From the NCBI GenBank assembly GCA_973895155.1, contig OZ316897.1, forward strand, positions 372,001 to 436,000: a DNA stretch of 64,000 bases, written 5' to 3'. Shown piece after piece: positions 13,563-26,310 of the stretch (position 1 is its first letter; the number at the start of each line of letters is the position of its first letter). The notes under the pieces are model-generated. The model made no database searches, was not told the DNA's origin, and saw only the letters and a list, made by a program, of their open reading frames with translations. A program made the position numbers and the translations under genes. The DNA comes from Marsupella aquatica (lineage: Eukaryota; Plantae; Marchantiophyta).

Positions 13563-15757
13563 CCTCTTGGGTTGTCCTCCAGGTTGATGTCTCCAATGCT
13601 TTCAATACGGTTTCTCGGGCAGCAATTTTTCGTGCTTTGAGGGCAGCGGATCCAGACATCCAGTCCCTTATCCCCTTTGTCCGTTGTTTTTATGGGTTCG
13701 AGGCTCCCCTCTTCTATAGTCATCACACCTCTACAGGAGTATATACCACTCTTTCTTCTGCAGAAGGTACACGTCAGGGTGACCCTTTGGGTGGGCCTCT
13801 TTTTGCCATTGCCCATTTTACTGCTTTACGGGAAGCCTCCGCGGCCCACCCCTAGTGTATCTTCCCCTCCCTTTCAGATGACACCCACATCATTGGTCCA
13901 CCTGTTGCTGTTACTTCTGCCCTCGCCACCCTTTCCACCCATTTGTTGGGCCTCGGTTTACGAGTTCAGCCGGTGAAGAGTCGTGCATGGAGTCCAGCTG
14001 GGTTACCCTCTGATCTTGCGCTTCCCCCTGGGTTCTTACGTCCAGCCAACGGTCTTCGGGTCCTTGGCTCCCCAGTCGGTACCGCCTCCTTTTGCTCATC
14101 TTTCATTGCTGACGCTCTCCAGACTGCCTTAGCCCCTACTCCTATGCTCCCTAAGTTAGCAGACTCTCAAGCAGCATTTGGGTTGTTGTTGAGATGCATA
14201 CACCCTCGTGCGTCCTATTTGGCTCGGACGCATCCCCCTACCGAGGATCTTTATCTACACCTCCGAGCGTTTGATGTCTCCATTCGTGAGACTTTGGCCT
14301 CTCTTTTAGGGCCAGGTACCTTGCTCTCATCTCCGTGGCTTCATCGACAGCTCAGTCTTCCTATTTCTCATGGTGGTTTTGGGCTTACTTCCACTGAGCG
14401 CCTTGCACCTTTGGCCTTCTTGGGCGCGTGGGCGGCCGCCTTCTCATTGTTGGCAGATCGTTTCCTTACTGAGGATCGACCTTTTTTACTTTCGTCTCTC
14501 ATGGAGGTCGAGGAGGGTTCCCTCCCATTTCAGGTTCATTTGCGCACGGCGCGGTCATCATTACCCGATCCTGTTCGAGCTGCGTTACCTTCATTCCAGG
14601 AGTTTTTATCCTTGGACCCCGTCCGTCTTCATGCAGACCTTGCTGGGCGTATGCACGCTTTCACCCTTTCCAGCATCCTCACCGAGGCACCTGACACGGA
14701 CCAAGCTCGGATTCTTTCTTCCGGAGGGAAGGGCGCAGGAGGCTGGCTTCAGGCCAATCCTGTCATTCCTCACCTGCGGATGTCTTCAGCGGAGTTTGCG
14801 ATAGCCATGCGTCTTCGTATGGGCTTGCCCCACCCACTTCTTGCTGGTTTACCTCCTACTTGCACTTGTGGGAAGCCTTGTGATGCCATAGGTGTCCATC
14901 TTCTTCGATGCAGTTTGGGCGGCGAAACCATTTTTGTTCACGACGCTGTGAGAGATGTGACTGCTCAGGTTCTCTCTGGCTCTTTGGTCTGCTCGCGGCG
15001 GGAGGTGGTGCTCGAGTTACCTGGTCCTCCATCACAGCGATTACGGGTGGATCTTACCATGGTCCGTGAAGGTCACCGTACTTTGGCAGATGTAGTGGTG
15101 GCAAACCCATTGCGCCAAGACATCATTGGGACAGCGGCAACAACGGCAGGGGCAGCAGCATCACGAGCAGCAACAACGAAGGAGGCCAAATATGTTGCAC
15201 GAGCTTCATCTGATAGCTTCCTGCCCCTTGCTCTGGAGATATTTGGGCGTCTCCATCATCAGTTCGACGGGCTTCTTCGCCAAGCTGCTCGGGATGTTCA
15301 CGGCCGGATGGGTCCCACCGGGCCCCCGCTATCTGTTTTGACCACGCACTTTCGCCAATGCATTTCAGTCACCTTACAGCGTGCTCAAGCTCGGGCCGTC
15401 TATCGTCGATCTCTGACAGTGGGTGCTAGTGTGACTCCGCAGCGGCTAGCCCCCCTAGAGGACATTCCTGTCCCACTTGCCGATCTAGTTTCGACACTTG
15501 ATGTAGACCACTAGCTTGTTGCCACATTTGCTAGGTATGATGAGGACCTCGGTCCATTTGCGGTAGTTTTAGTTCCTCTTTCTTGGTTTTTAGGGGTTTC
15601 CTTTTGCTCACTTCTTTTCGTTCCTCTTTCTTGGTTTTTAGGGTTTCCTTTTGCTCACTTCTTTTGCGTTTGGTTTTGTCCACTTGGGACCTCTCTTGTT
15701 TATTCTTTTGTACTCTATTTGGCCTTTTTCTGTAAAAAGTATGTGTATATTAAAAAA
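13563..15757 (+). mobile_element. 5'-truncated CRE-clade non-LTR retrotransposon (RT plus restriction-like endonuclease)
   Basis: WVVLQVDVSNAFNTVSR, GTRQGDPLGGPLF, FPSLSDDTHIIG, then CTCG...HLLRC...HDAVRD...RVDL...ADV...KEAKY in one frame, with a single TAG at 13853-13855 and stop at 15514. T-rich 3' UTR with a 49-bp duplication, short A tail at 15752-15757, and candidate TSD ttgaggt at 13556-13562 and 15759-15765. Confidence 0.85.
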
Positions 15758-17024
15758 TTTGAGGTGGTCTAAAAACCTAGAGCAAACGGCAGCTTATTTT
15801 CAGGGAATTGCATTGATTATTTCACACATTTTGGCTCAGGCATTTTAACTTTTGTGGAAAGAAATGGCCCCATCAGGCTTTGCTATGGATGGAGAGAGAC
15901 TGAACATCCCTGGCGAGAGACTGAACGTCCCCATCGTCTTGTAAACCCCCACAAACATCTAGAAATCAAAAGGTCATTGGGAATTGAGTGTGAGTTGACA
16001 TGTGGCTATCATGGGTAGATGGGTCTGACAAGAAAATCTAAGTAGACCCCACTCTAAGTAGACCCCACATGATTGCCCCATTCAAAGTAAAAAGTATAGA
16101 CAAAGCATAATACAAATTAAGTTGTGAGTTCAAAAGGGATGATTTATAGGAAAGTGAAAAGGAAAAAATAGTCTACCGGGTGTAATAAAAAAAATTGTGT
16201 TTTTCTAATCTCTATAAAGTATTTTTTCCAAATTACATTAACATTCAATCCTAGATTCTTTATTGCAATAACTTATCGACCAATGACACAATGGCCTCAA
16301 GAATAAAATGGCCCCAACAATGAAATGGCCAGAGTGATAAATGATTGTAACAATGAAATGGTTGTAATGACAAATGTGCAATGCAAGTAGGGCAATGGGT
16401 TTGTATACACGTCATATTTCAAATCACATTATAAAGAAAACTATCCCATCTCTAAGAGTTAGTGCAATCTACAAAAGTGTAAAAGGAAGGAACAAACCAA
16501 TACCATCAGATATATTTCAATGATTTTGATACCCTTGGATGGAGTGAAAGGGATCACCTATGTAATTGAATACAATGGATAGTTTTGCTTCTAAAGTAGG
16601 TATTTACAAAATACATGGGGTGGCTAAATACTTTCAAGAATGACATGTGCATTACATTCGTATCAAATTTGCTTTTGTTTTTTTGCTAAGGATCCGGAGA
16701 AGAGAAATTTCCATTTTTTGAGAGATCATTTATCGTTTGCTCCATGTTGTTTCTTCTTCTCTTTCTTAATCATGCTGGAAGGGGGAGGGAGGGTGCTAAA
16801 GTGCCAAGATGGGAGACTGAAAAAAAAGGAAAAAGAGTGAATTTCTCTCCCTCCATATAGCAGAGGGCGACTACACTTGACCCCGTAAGACCCCAGCCAC
16901 CACCCCCATCTTGTGTTCCCTCCCATGCTCGCACCCTTGCCCACAACATTGCTTTCACAATAGCACCTTGGGACATGCTTTGTCTCAATATCTTTGCCTC
17001 GAATTGACAATTTTCCTTGGGCCT

Positions 17025-18110
17025 TGACATATTTTTCTCATCTTGACATCTTTTTTATCTCATCAATGATTTTTTATCATATTGATATCTTTTCTCTGTT
17101 TGACATCTTTTTATCTCGTCAATGATTTTTTTATCATATTGATATCTTTTCTCTGTTTGACATATTTTTCTCACCTCAATGTTCTTTTCAATCTCACATT
17201 GACATCTTTTTCTCACCTCAACATCTTTCCTCTCATTTACACCTTTCTCTCTTCAACATCTTTTATCACCTCAACATCATTTTCTCACCTTGCTATATTT
17301 TCTCTTCTTGACATATCTTGTCTTTGGCATCTTCTACTCACCTCAACATCATATTTTCATTTTTTCTCTCATGGACATGATTTCCTCACCTTAATATCAT
17401 TTTCTCACCTTGATTGTTTTTCTCCCATTAACTTTTTTCTCACCTCAACTTCTTTATCCCTCCTCCACATTCTTCTCACCTCAACGTCAGTTTTTCACCT
17501 CAACATCTTTTTATCTCCTCAATATCTTTTCCTCGCCTCAACATCTTTTTATCTCCTCAATATCTTTTCCTCGCCTCAACATCTTTTTCTCACCTCAACA
17601 TCTTTTGTGCAACGCACGGGCATCGGGATATTTGTATATATATTGTGCCAAAATAATGAGACTTTCAAAATTTAAAATTACAAAAAATTAAAAAATAATA
17701 ATGAGACTTTCACACCCATAAACTGTGACAAATATTACTACGGGGGTTTTCATCACAATCGTCTTACAAAATTTGACTTTTATCGTCCCAAAGAAAGCCT
17801 TGGAAGCAAAACAAAGAGGGGGAGAGGCAAGGAGAAAGGGGAAGGGGGGGGCACATGGATGGGCAAAGAGGGAGGGAGAGGCTTCATCTTGCCCCTTCTG
17901 ATTGTGGGTAAGGGTGGAAAAAGTGTCAAGTTTATTTTCTCACCTCAAAATCTTTTACTCTACTTTACATCATTTTCTGCTCAAAATCTTTTTCTCTCCT
18001 TTGCGCACATTTATCTCCTCAACATCTATTTCTCTCCTCAACATCTTTTCTCTCCTCAACATATGTTTCTCACTTGAGCATCATTTCTCTCCTCAAGTCT
18101 TTTTCTCTCC
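17025..18110. repeat. Degenerate ~19-bp pyrimidine-rich satellite (tttttctcacctcaacatc) in two blocks, 17025-17605 and 17930-18110
   Basis: Many copies of ctcacctcaacatct and ctcctcaacatct. The ORFs here are low-complexity artefacts. Confidence 0.85.
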
Positions 18111-19249
18111 TCGAGTTCTTTTAAATGCTCCAAACTCCAATCTTGACTTTCCTAGAGAACAGTCCCTCAAATCTCAAACACATTTATACGGGACTGTTGA
18201 CAGTCATGCAGTATATGGCACTGTTGGGTTACCGTCAATTCCCGCAGAAAAGTTATCGTCTGCCTAAATAGGCAGCCCATAACTTTTACTGCATGGCTTG
18301 CACTGTAACATGCCTCGATCTGTGAGGAATGTCAGCCTCTATGAAGAAGCAGATACTAAAACTCTTCCATATATGTCTTTCCTGAAATATTCTGTGACCA
18401 TTAGATCACCCTAGACTTAAGGTTGACCGTTAGATTCTGGCAAATGGGGTCTATGATTAGCCGGGAACTGGCTAACATTTGGGATATAAACAATATATGA
18501 AGCAAATTTTTGCCAAAAGTTGCAATAACCTTTTAGGTAGGGGGAATTTGGCAAAATTTTGCATCTAACAAACAAGTTGATCCATTTCACCCTTAATAAT
18601 AACCTGTTCCTAAAGTCTTGAGGCAGACTAGCAAGTTAGAGGAAATGAGTGAGTGGAATGTAAAAGTAAGGGCAAGTCTTGGACATTTCCCTTAAATATA
18701 TGGCTAGTGGCACTTACGGCAAAAGGCTCAGGACCATAGCTTTTTTCCAATAGTTTAGGGAGATTTAAGGGCTGCAAATGTAACGGCCACCTCCATGCAA
18801 GATAGCTCTAACTCCTTATTCTACAGCTGCCATATAGCCTGGTCATCATACTGGACCATGTTTCCTTTTTTTGGTCTTGTAGTGATGTAGATGGCTATTC
18901 CATAATATTTCATAACATTGAGTGGGATAAAATACAAGATTAAAAGTACAGCACATATGGTCCAGGGTTTCATTTTAGTGTTTTGTAGTGATGTGTAGAT
19001 GGCTATTGCATAGTATTTATCTTGTATTTTATCTCACTCAAGTGCATAAGTCTTGAAAAGGTGTGCACATAAGCACAGATTCTCACTTGCCCTAATTACA
19101 CTCAAATTGATCAAAAGTTGTGCAAATAAGAGGTACAAAAGATTCTCACTTGCCTTAATGATAATAAAAACCATAAACTTAGGAAACAAATTTATGAGGA
19201 GAACTTGGAACAGGAAGTGTCCCCAGTTCTAAGTATCATTTCTGTTTTT

Positions 19250-21957
19250 TAAATTTTTTTAAATTTTTAAGTTTTAAACCAAACTAAGGCTGCTGAATGC
19301 CTATTTATTCCAGAGACCACCACGGCAAAGACCAGCGGGGCACAAAGAAAAACAAACCCGGAGGGCCAAAGCACAAAAAACTACATGCAAAGCGGGCAAA
19401 ACCACCCTAAGGAAACCACCCCACACACCAAGATGACGGCAAAAACAAGGGCCAACCACCCAACAAACTAAGGCAAGAGGCCTGTAACAAAACACTTCCC
19501 AAAACAGGAGTTGGTTGTACCACCAACAACAGCAAGTCCGACACCCCCAAAAAGGACTAAAGGAGAGTAGTGTCACCGCCTCTCCCGTTCAATCATAATA
19601 GTAATGTCAGTAAGTGTTTGACTCAACCGTCGAGCCTTCTGGACACTACTAATAAACGTAATGTGAACTACTCCTATAGCGCCATGCAGAATGAGATGCA
19701 ATGGGAACCAAGCAGAGTTAGCCCAAAAAGTGAGTTGGCACAAATCATTGTGTGTAAGAGTATAAGGAAGCCAAGGTTACATCTTTGGGACCTAATCGCA
19801 GTATCAAGCTTGCTAAAGAAAGAGCAGCCTGCAGCCTTGTTCTGGCTAGTGTCCACTACCGTGTGCATGCTCAAGTTGTATCCAGCATGGGCAAAGTTGA
19901 CAGCAATCATAGAACATATGTTCAACCATTTCACTGGCCCTTTGACACGCAATGCATAGCCCATCACTCACATCCCATTTAAGAGCATGGGAATTGAAAA
20001 AAAAACTAGCTTGATGCACCTTCCAAAACTCTAGCTTAACACTAGGAGAGGATCGACAAACCTTTCCAAAGATGAATCCAGGCACCGACCCCTCGAAGTC
20101 ACTTGGGAATCAAGAGAGACCCACCGGCAATTGAGTTGTGTAATTGGAGGCATAGGCCGGGGGCATAGGTTGTTGCAAGATGGTGGCCCGGGTTTTGGTT
20201 GGAAGGTTCCACCCTTTCTTTACTCCGGTCTGTCATGTCCATGTCCACCCATCAGAATTACGCAAAAACCCTTCGCTGAACCGCTTGGAGCTGTTCAATA
20301 AGGCAAGGAGATGTGGTAGCAGTCTCGAAGTCATGATCCGAGTAATTTGATGAAGTCCAACCTGAATCTGGTCGAGATTTTTCCAACCCTGATCAGGGGT
20401 AACAAGATCCGCCACTGTGTGGATCTGCCGAGTGCACTAGTAGCCAATAAATTTTTACAGTCCTGCAACTCCTTCTCGGTGACATTCATGTCACTCTCCA
20501 AAAGAAGTAAAAGTTGGTCAACTGAGAGGTAAGTGGGGATTGTCCCCTCACTATGATAAAAGTCAAGTTGGTGATGAGCAGGCCCCCAACCCCAAAGCAT
20601 GGAATTTACAGTAGGTGCACCTGCAATTTTCAGACAAGGAGAGAGGAGGAGGAGATCACTAGGGTCCCAAAATTTCCACTCCTTTCTAAATGGGCCCTTC
20701 CTAGCAGGAAGGGTGAACAGGGACCGCGTCAGGCCCACCCAGGCAGTATCAAACCCTGTGAGAAGCTTGGTGAGGCTCCTCATCTTACACGCTTGAGATG
20801 GAAGCTCAAATGGTCAAAGAGCTAACCCCACTTCATTGTAAGGGCAGGAGATAAGGTCCCAAGCAACAAAAGCTTTTTTATTAGCACCTTTGAGAGTCTG
20901 GCCCCACAAGAAAGTACGATAGATCTTTTCAAGTTGCTTATACCCAATCTTTTGAATATTAAGCAACATGAGATGGTACACAAGAATAGCACGAAGGACA
21001 TGCTTCAATAGAACCAGACGGCCAGCTTGGGAGAGTGTTCGATTGGTCCAATGTTGGAGTAGTTTTTATGACCTTGCCCAATCATGAGAAACTCTGTCTC
21101 CTATGCGTGTTGAAGGCCTATGCTGATGGGACACCCCAGATAGGTAATAACCTCCCGCTTCAAAGCAATGCGACAATCAGAGCGGTCAATCCATTCAGGG
21201 CTTGCAGAATTATCAATCTGAAGGAGAACAGATTTGGCAATGTTCAAAAGAGTACCAGATACACTTTCGTACTTGTGCACCACATCGCAAGGCTAGCTGC
21301 CTGAAATTCCTCTTCAGTTGCTTTGAGAAACAAGCCAATGTCATCTGCAAATAGTTGATGAAGAAGCTTATGCCCATTTCCAATGTGGAGCCCATTGAGA
21401 GTACCATCCTCAAGTTTAGCTTCAAGCATACTCATAGGCGGTTGAGTAGCTAGGGCAAACAAGAGAGGCGCTGCAGGGCACCCTTGCCTTACCCCACGCT
21501 CCAAAGAGATCGCCTTGGTGAATCCCCCATTGACACGAACCTTGGAAGCAGCATTGAGAACAAGACCTTGAATTAAAGAAATGAATTTCATGGTCTCATG
21601 GTGTCCCAAAGGAAAGCATGATCCACCCTGTCAATGCTTTGGCAAAATCCAGTTTTAGAAAAACAGTAGGTTGGTGAGTGATGTTGGCAAATTCTTGCCC
21701 CACCTTGAAAACCAAGACATTATCCATGATGTTGCAGCCACGATAAGCCCAATCTATTGTGGAGCAACCAACTGTGGGACCACCTTTTTCAATCTGTTAG
21801 CCAAAAGTTTGGCAGCAATCTTGTGTGTAATGGTGAGCATGATAAGAGGTCTCCAACTGGTCAACAGTTGAATGTCACCAGTCTTTGGGATCAATTTAGT
21901 GACACCTGTGGAGGCTTTTGAGATGAGTAACCCGTCCCTCCAAAAGGCTTGGATCAT
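19250..21957 (-). mobile_element. Decayed, 5'-truncated L1-type LINE (ORF2 RT, zf-RVT region and 3' UTR)
   Basis: Fragments SWRPLIMLTITHKIAAKLLANRLK, GVRQGCPAAPLLFALA, HQLFADD, TYLGCPI, KHVLRAILVYHL and CIAC...EMVEHMFYDC, with many stops and frameshifts and a T-run near 19245-19260. Confidence 0.85.
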
Positions 21958-24900
21958 TGCAGGAGATAGAATCCTTTCAATGAAAAGTATCATTCTGTTG
22001 CATGAGTCACTAAATAAGATAAAAAAATTCTTCATTGGTATGGATTCTATGAAATTTGCTAAAGGGTTTGGATGCATTGTATGGTCTAAATGCAATGGGA
22101 GATGTTCACATTTCTGAGTAGCTCATTCATTGCAAGAGATAGAATCTTTCTCCATTGGCAGAAATTCTATGAAATTTGCTAAAAGGCTTGGATGCATTGT
22201 ATAGTCTAAATGCAATTGAAAAGGAGAGCTCTGGGATAATAAGGTTAAAAAACATTAAGAGAGGTGCCAAAACAATTTAGAATCCAAGTAATACAAGTGA
22301 TACAGCTTGTTTTGGGAAATTCAAATTAAAAAATAACAAGAAATATTAACAAGAAAAAATTAAAGGTGGATTGGCCTAGCAGTGTCAATATATGAATCTG
22401 TCATTGACTAACGTTGTCAGCAAAGTTTGCCTCCAAAAGCCTAAGAGCTAGTGTCCTTAAAAAATATTTCTCTATATAGGAAGCAAGTTCTTATTAAGGT
22501 CCCCTACAGTGCTATGTCTCCATATAGAGCCGGTTCTTATAAAGATACAGTATTTCTAGGGCACATATTTATGAAGATACCGTATAGTTGTATACATCCA
22601 TGTATACATACATATAAAAGGGCAGTTCTTATACCGAATACTAACAGAGGGATTAAACCGGTTGCAGCACTATCATTTATTTATTTTGTCAATAAAAAAA
22701 TGGTTGTCCTTGACTTGACAAAGATAAAGCCAATGCATGCATCCAAGGTAAAAGGGCAGGGAAACTTTACCACTACGAAACAGGCTTTGTGTGCGCTGAT
22801 CTGTTATCGTCATGATTGCATGGTCCAGCTTTTCCCAATGTGTTTGGTGACTTTGCTGACAATGATAGTATAAAGAAGCCTGACAGGAGCCGGTCACCGT
22901 TCATTTGACTACCCTGCATGTGCTCTTCCAATCATACCACACCCTCTACCATAAAAAAGTTTGCCTCCCTGACTTGCACATCAATATGTGACAATATAGG
23001 GTACTGTGTTACTCTATATCATGATAAACAGAATAATTTTGTTCATGTTATTCAAAGTATTCAAAGTACAATGTATACTATCACATTTTGATGTACAATA
23101 CAAAGAAACAAAACCTTTCCTATGATTTCTTAAACAAGGCTCTTGACCATAACTAAAGTTCTAGATCTGGGTTTTACTAGAACCTGGATCTCAAGATCTG
23201 CCTATAGAATATCACCCCTATGGTGAAATATTGAGATGACATTGATACTCAAAAAATCTTGAAAATATGATCTCTTCATTCCGCATACACATGATTGTAT
23301 TATATGTGAATGGGAGCAGTACAGGTTACCCATAATTCTTTATAGAAGAACACAGTTTATGAATACTAGTGAAGTCAAGAGGGGTTGTCTTTTCTACACA
23401 GACCAGGTCCTTGAGCTGTTTTACAAATTTCTTAAACTCCATGATAATAATTTGTGATGGGGAGGCCCAAGTCAGAAATTTCTCCACCACATGGCATTGG
23501 GGTTGCCAGGAGGGTCATGAAAACATAAGACGATGATAATCTACTTCAATCATAAGAAGGGGTCCTCAATCTAGCCAGGGTCTCCATCACAAAAGATCAA
23601 CATGACCACTACAATGGGATTACTTCCACCACCCAATCTGAGGGGAGACCAATTTCCTGTAACTTACACTGAAAGACCCACCAATCCGTGTATCACAGCA
23701 GTGGTAGACAATGGCTAGAATCACTCTAGAAGTTAATGTTGAAACAGCGAACCACATGAGGGACCTACAGAAGAAATATCATTGCACATTGTTCCTATTT
23801 ATAGTCATAAAGTAAATTTGCATCATGCTCACATAAGAGAAACACATTTGAATTGCATGCAGTTATCTTCCAAGAACAAGACAAACACCATTACCACTAG
23901 GCTATGTATCTCTCACGTTGCAACAAAATTAGAGCGGAAGTATGAACATTTTGGTATTTAAAGTCTCCTAACTATGCAAGTCAATCCAATCCACCACTCC
24001 AGACTAATTTGTTGGGAGTTGAATCCCCTCATAACTGTCAATCTATCCACCACCTAGCGGAATTGGTGTTGGAGCTTTATTTTTAAATAGAATGAAAGTT
24101 GATGACATTATTTTGGTCTCTGCCTAGCTAGAAGTTGGACTAAGTGTCTCCGAAAAAAAACAAAGTGAAGACAATGCATAATATTGTTCATCAATTCCAA
24201 GCAGACTGTCAAGCTAAAGCAAAACTAAGGAAGGTCCAAATGAAGCTTGGAAGTGATTTAGTCATGGATTGTTTGGCACTCCGGATGTAGTAGTTATTTA
24301 GACGAATGCAGGAGAAGTTATAGTAGCTAAGTGACAAGACTTGCTATCAGTCCACAAATTAAATTTAATCTTGAAAACAAGGGTCCCCCTTTCAGCTAGT
24401 CTGGCAAGGACTAAATAACGTGTTGCCTGCTCTATAGATGAAAATGTGAAATGAAGGGAGCCTTCTACCGTATATTCTTATCTACAACTATAATAAGGGA
24501 TCCTGGGTTTTTTTTTTCATCCTTAGTCCCAATACAAAAAAACTATGGGCGGGAAAGACCCACAGTGGTTGGATTTGATTAGCTGTTTTCCCTTACCACT
24601 GATGAATTAAATGTGCACCCCTGACACATATGTGCTTCCCGCTGCCCCATAAATGTCCTGGCCTGACTCCCTATGAGCTGGCCCTCCTTGCACTGTGAAA
24701 CGCACGGGCATAGGGCTCGTATAAATATAATGCTGCAAAGGGCTGCAAACGAGAGAAACTTGCAAGAGCCCAAAGAAGAAGCCATTAAAGGTACAAAATG
24801 ACCAAAATAATAAGTTTAATCCTGCATTCTCCATCTATAGAATTGAGAGTAATATTTTTAATCTTTTTGCCATCCATTTCTTAGACCTAGAGCGAAATGA

Positions 24901-25366
24901 TTGGCAATCGTAGGCAAGCCCTGAGTTGTTTGTAGAAGTGTTAGGATTTGCTGCCGCTGGGAATGTTACCACTTTGAGTGGGGCCTGGTGGAATGGGGGA
25001 TGGCTTGGTGGCTTAGCTCTAGTGGCAAGGGGACTGGGAATTGGTAGCTCTAGGTTAGGTTCATGCTGCCCTCTCTCATTAGGTGCGAGCAAGGGGTGTG
25101 TGCACGGGTCGTGCCTTGCAAGTGCCAATGATATAATTTGGTTTTTTCAAAAGGGAAAAGGTTATTGAATTAAGATTCGTTACAAAACACCACTTGTGGA
25201 AGCCATGCAACTGATTTGGAGGCTTAAAAAACTCAGATTTTACTATGTATACTCTTTTTCATACAAACGCCGACCACAGCTACGCATTACATGCAGCACC
25301 CATGTCTTTCAAAAGGCGGTTCTCTCTAAAATCCAATTGCTCACATGAACATCGCTCTCAACAGTG

Positions 25367-25490
25367 CTCCACCTACGTCTACAGGCGCTAATTTGCAAAT
25401 TCCATGAGCTGGAGGGGAGGGGGGGATATACTCCAGTACTCCACCTACGTCTAGCGGCGCTAACTTGCATTTTCCATGAGCTGGAGGGGT
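25367..25490. repeat. Two-copy direct repeat, 72-bp period
   Basis: ctccacctacgtcta..ggcgctaa.ttgca..ttccatgagctggagggg at 25367 and 25439. Confidence 0.8.
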
Positions 25491-26310
25491 GCGAGGGCTA
25501 CATGTCGTGAAAAGGAGGTGACAACAGTGCAACGACTCCATTCTTACCTTTCATTGTCATACGTGGTGGTGCATGCGATCCAAGGGTTGCGACATCTGGA
25601 TCTCAACATTTATGGTCAGGTACAGTCCGTCATGCAGGTGAAGAGCAAGTATACAATTACCGGGACAGGATTCTTAAAAAATTAGCGAGGACCGTAATGC
25701 TGACAGCGCCTCGCTCCACCAGTCCACCCTGGAGCTGCAATCTACACGACCGGTTCTACATGGCATAGTCTAGCGGCCTCTCTACATCTGGCGGTCATCT
25801 AACTCGCGACGGGCACGGCCGGTACATTGGGCACCGCCAGGGCCGTCGAATAGTCGGTCCACTGGCGCTAAGCGGTAGGAACGGGAAGGCTTGGTGATTA
25901 TGGTTAGTGCGATACTTAGCGAGATACGTATTCGCGTTAACGCACCGCTGCCCGAGGTGAAAGCTTCTGCACACTATAACAGACTGTTGCGAGTAGATGA
26001 AGCTCAGTACGATCCCAAGGCCTTCCTCAGGCTGTGAGAACCTCGATCCACCATTCTCCACCGTTGTCCCTGCAACCATTCTCCTATTTTACAGCTCGCA
26101 TCTCGACGCATTGTTAGTTTTAGTGCTGGGAATCCTTCATTGAGGGGACTTGAGTACAGCCGGCCATTTGGGAGCACGAACAGTTTGAGGACCTTCGATC
26201 AATTTGCCTGTTGGAGTGAAGTCGCTTTGAGTTGGTCCCACTGTCGACGACGATTCATTGTGGTAACATAGACAGGTGAACAGTCTGAGTTGCGAATCTT
26301 CGAAGTCAAA

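Noticed and set aside
17082-17691. Phe/Leu/Ser-rich ORFs resembling membrane proteins
   Set aside because: They are products of the 19-bp satellite.
24579-25168. Cluster of short ORFs on both strands
   Set aside because: No recognisable domain or splice structure, so they were left unassigned.
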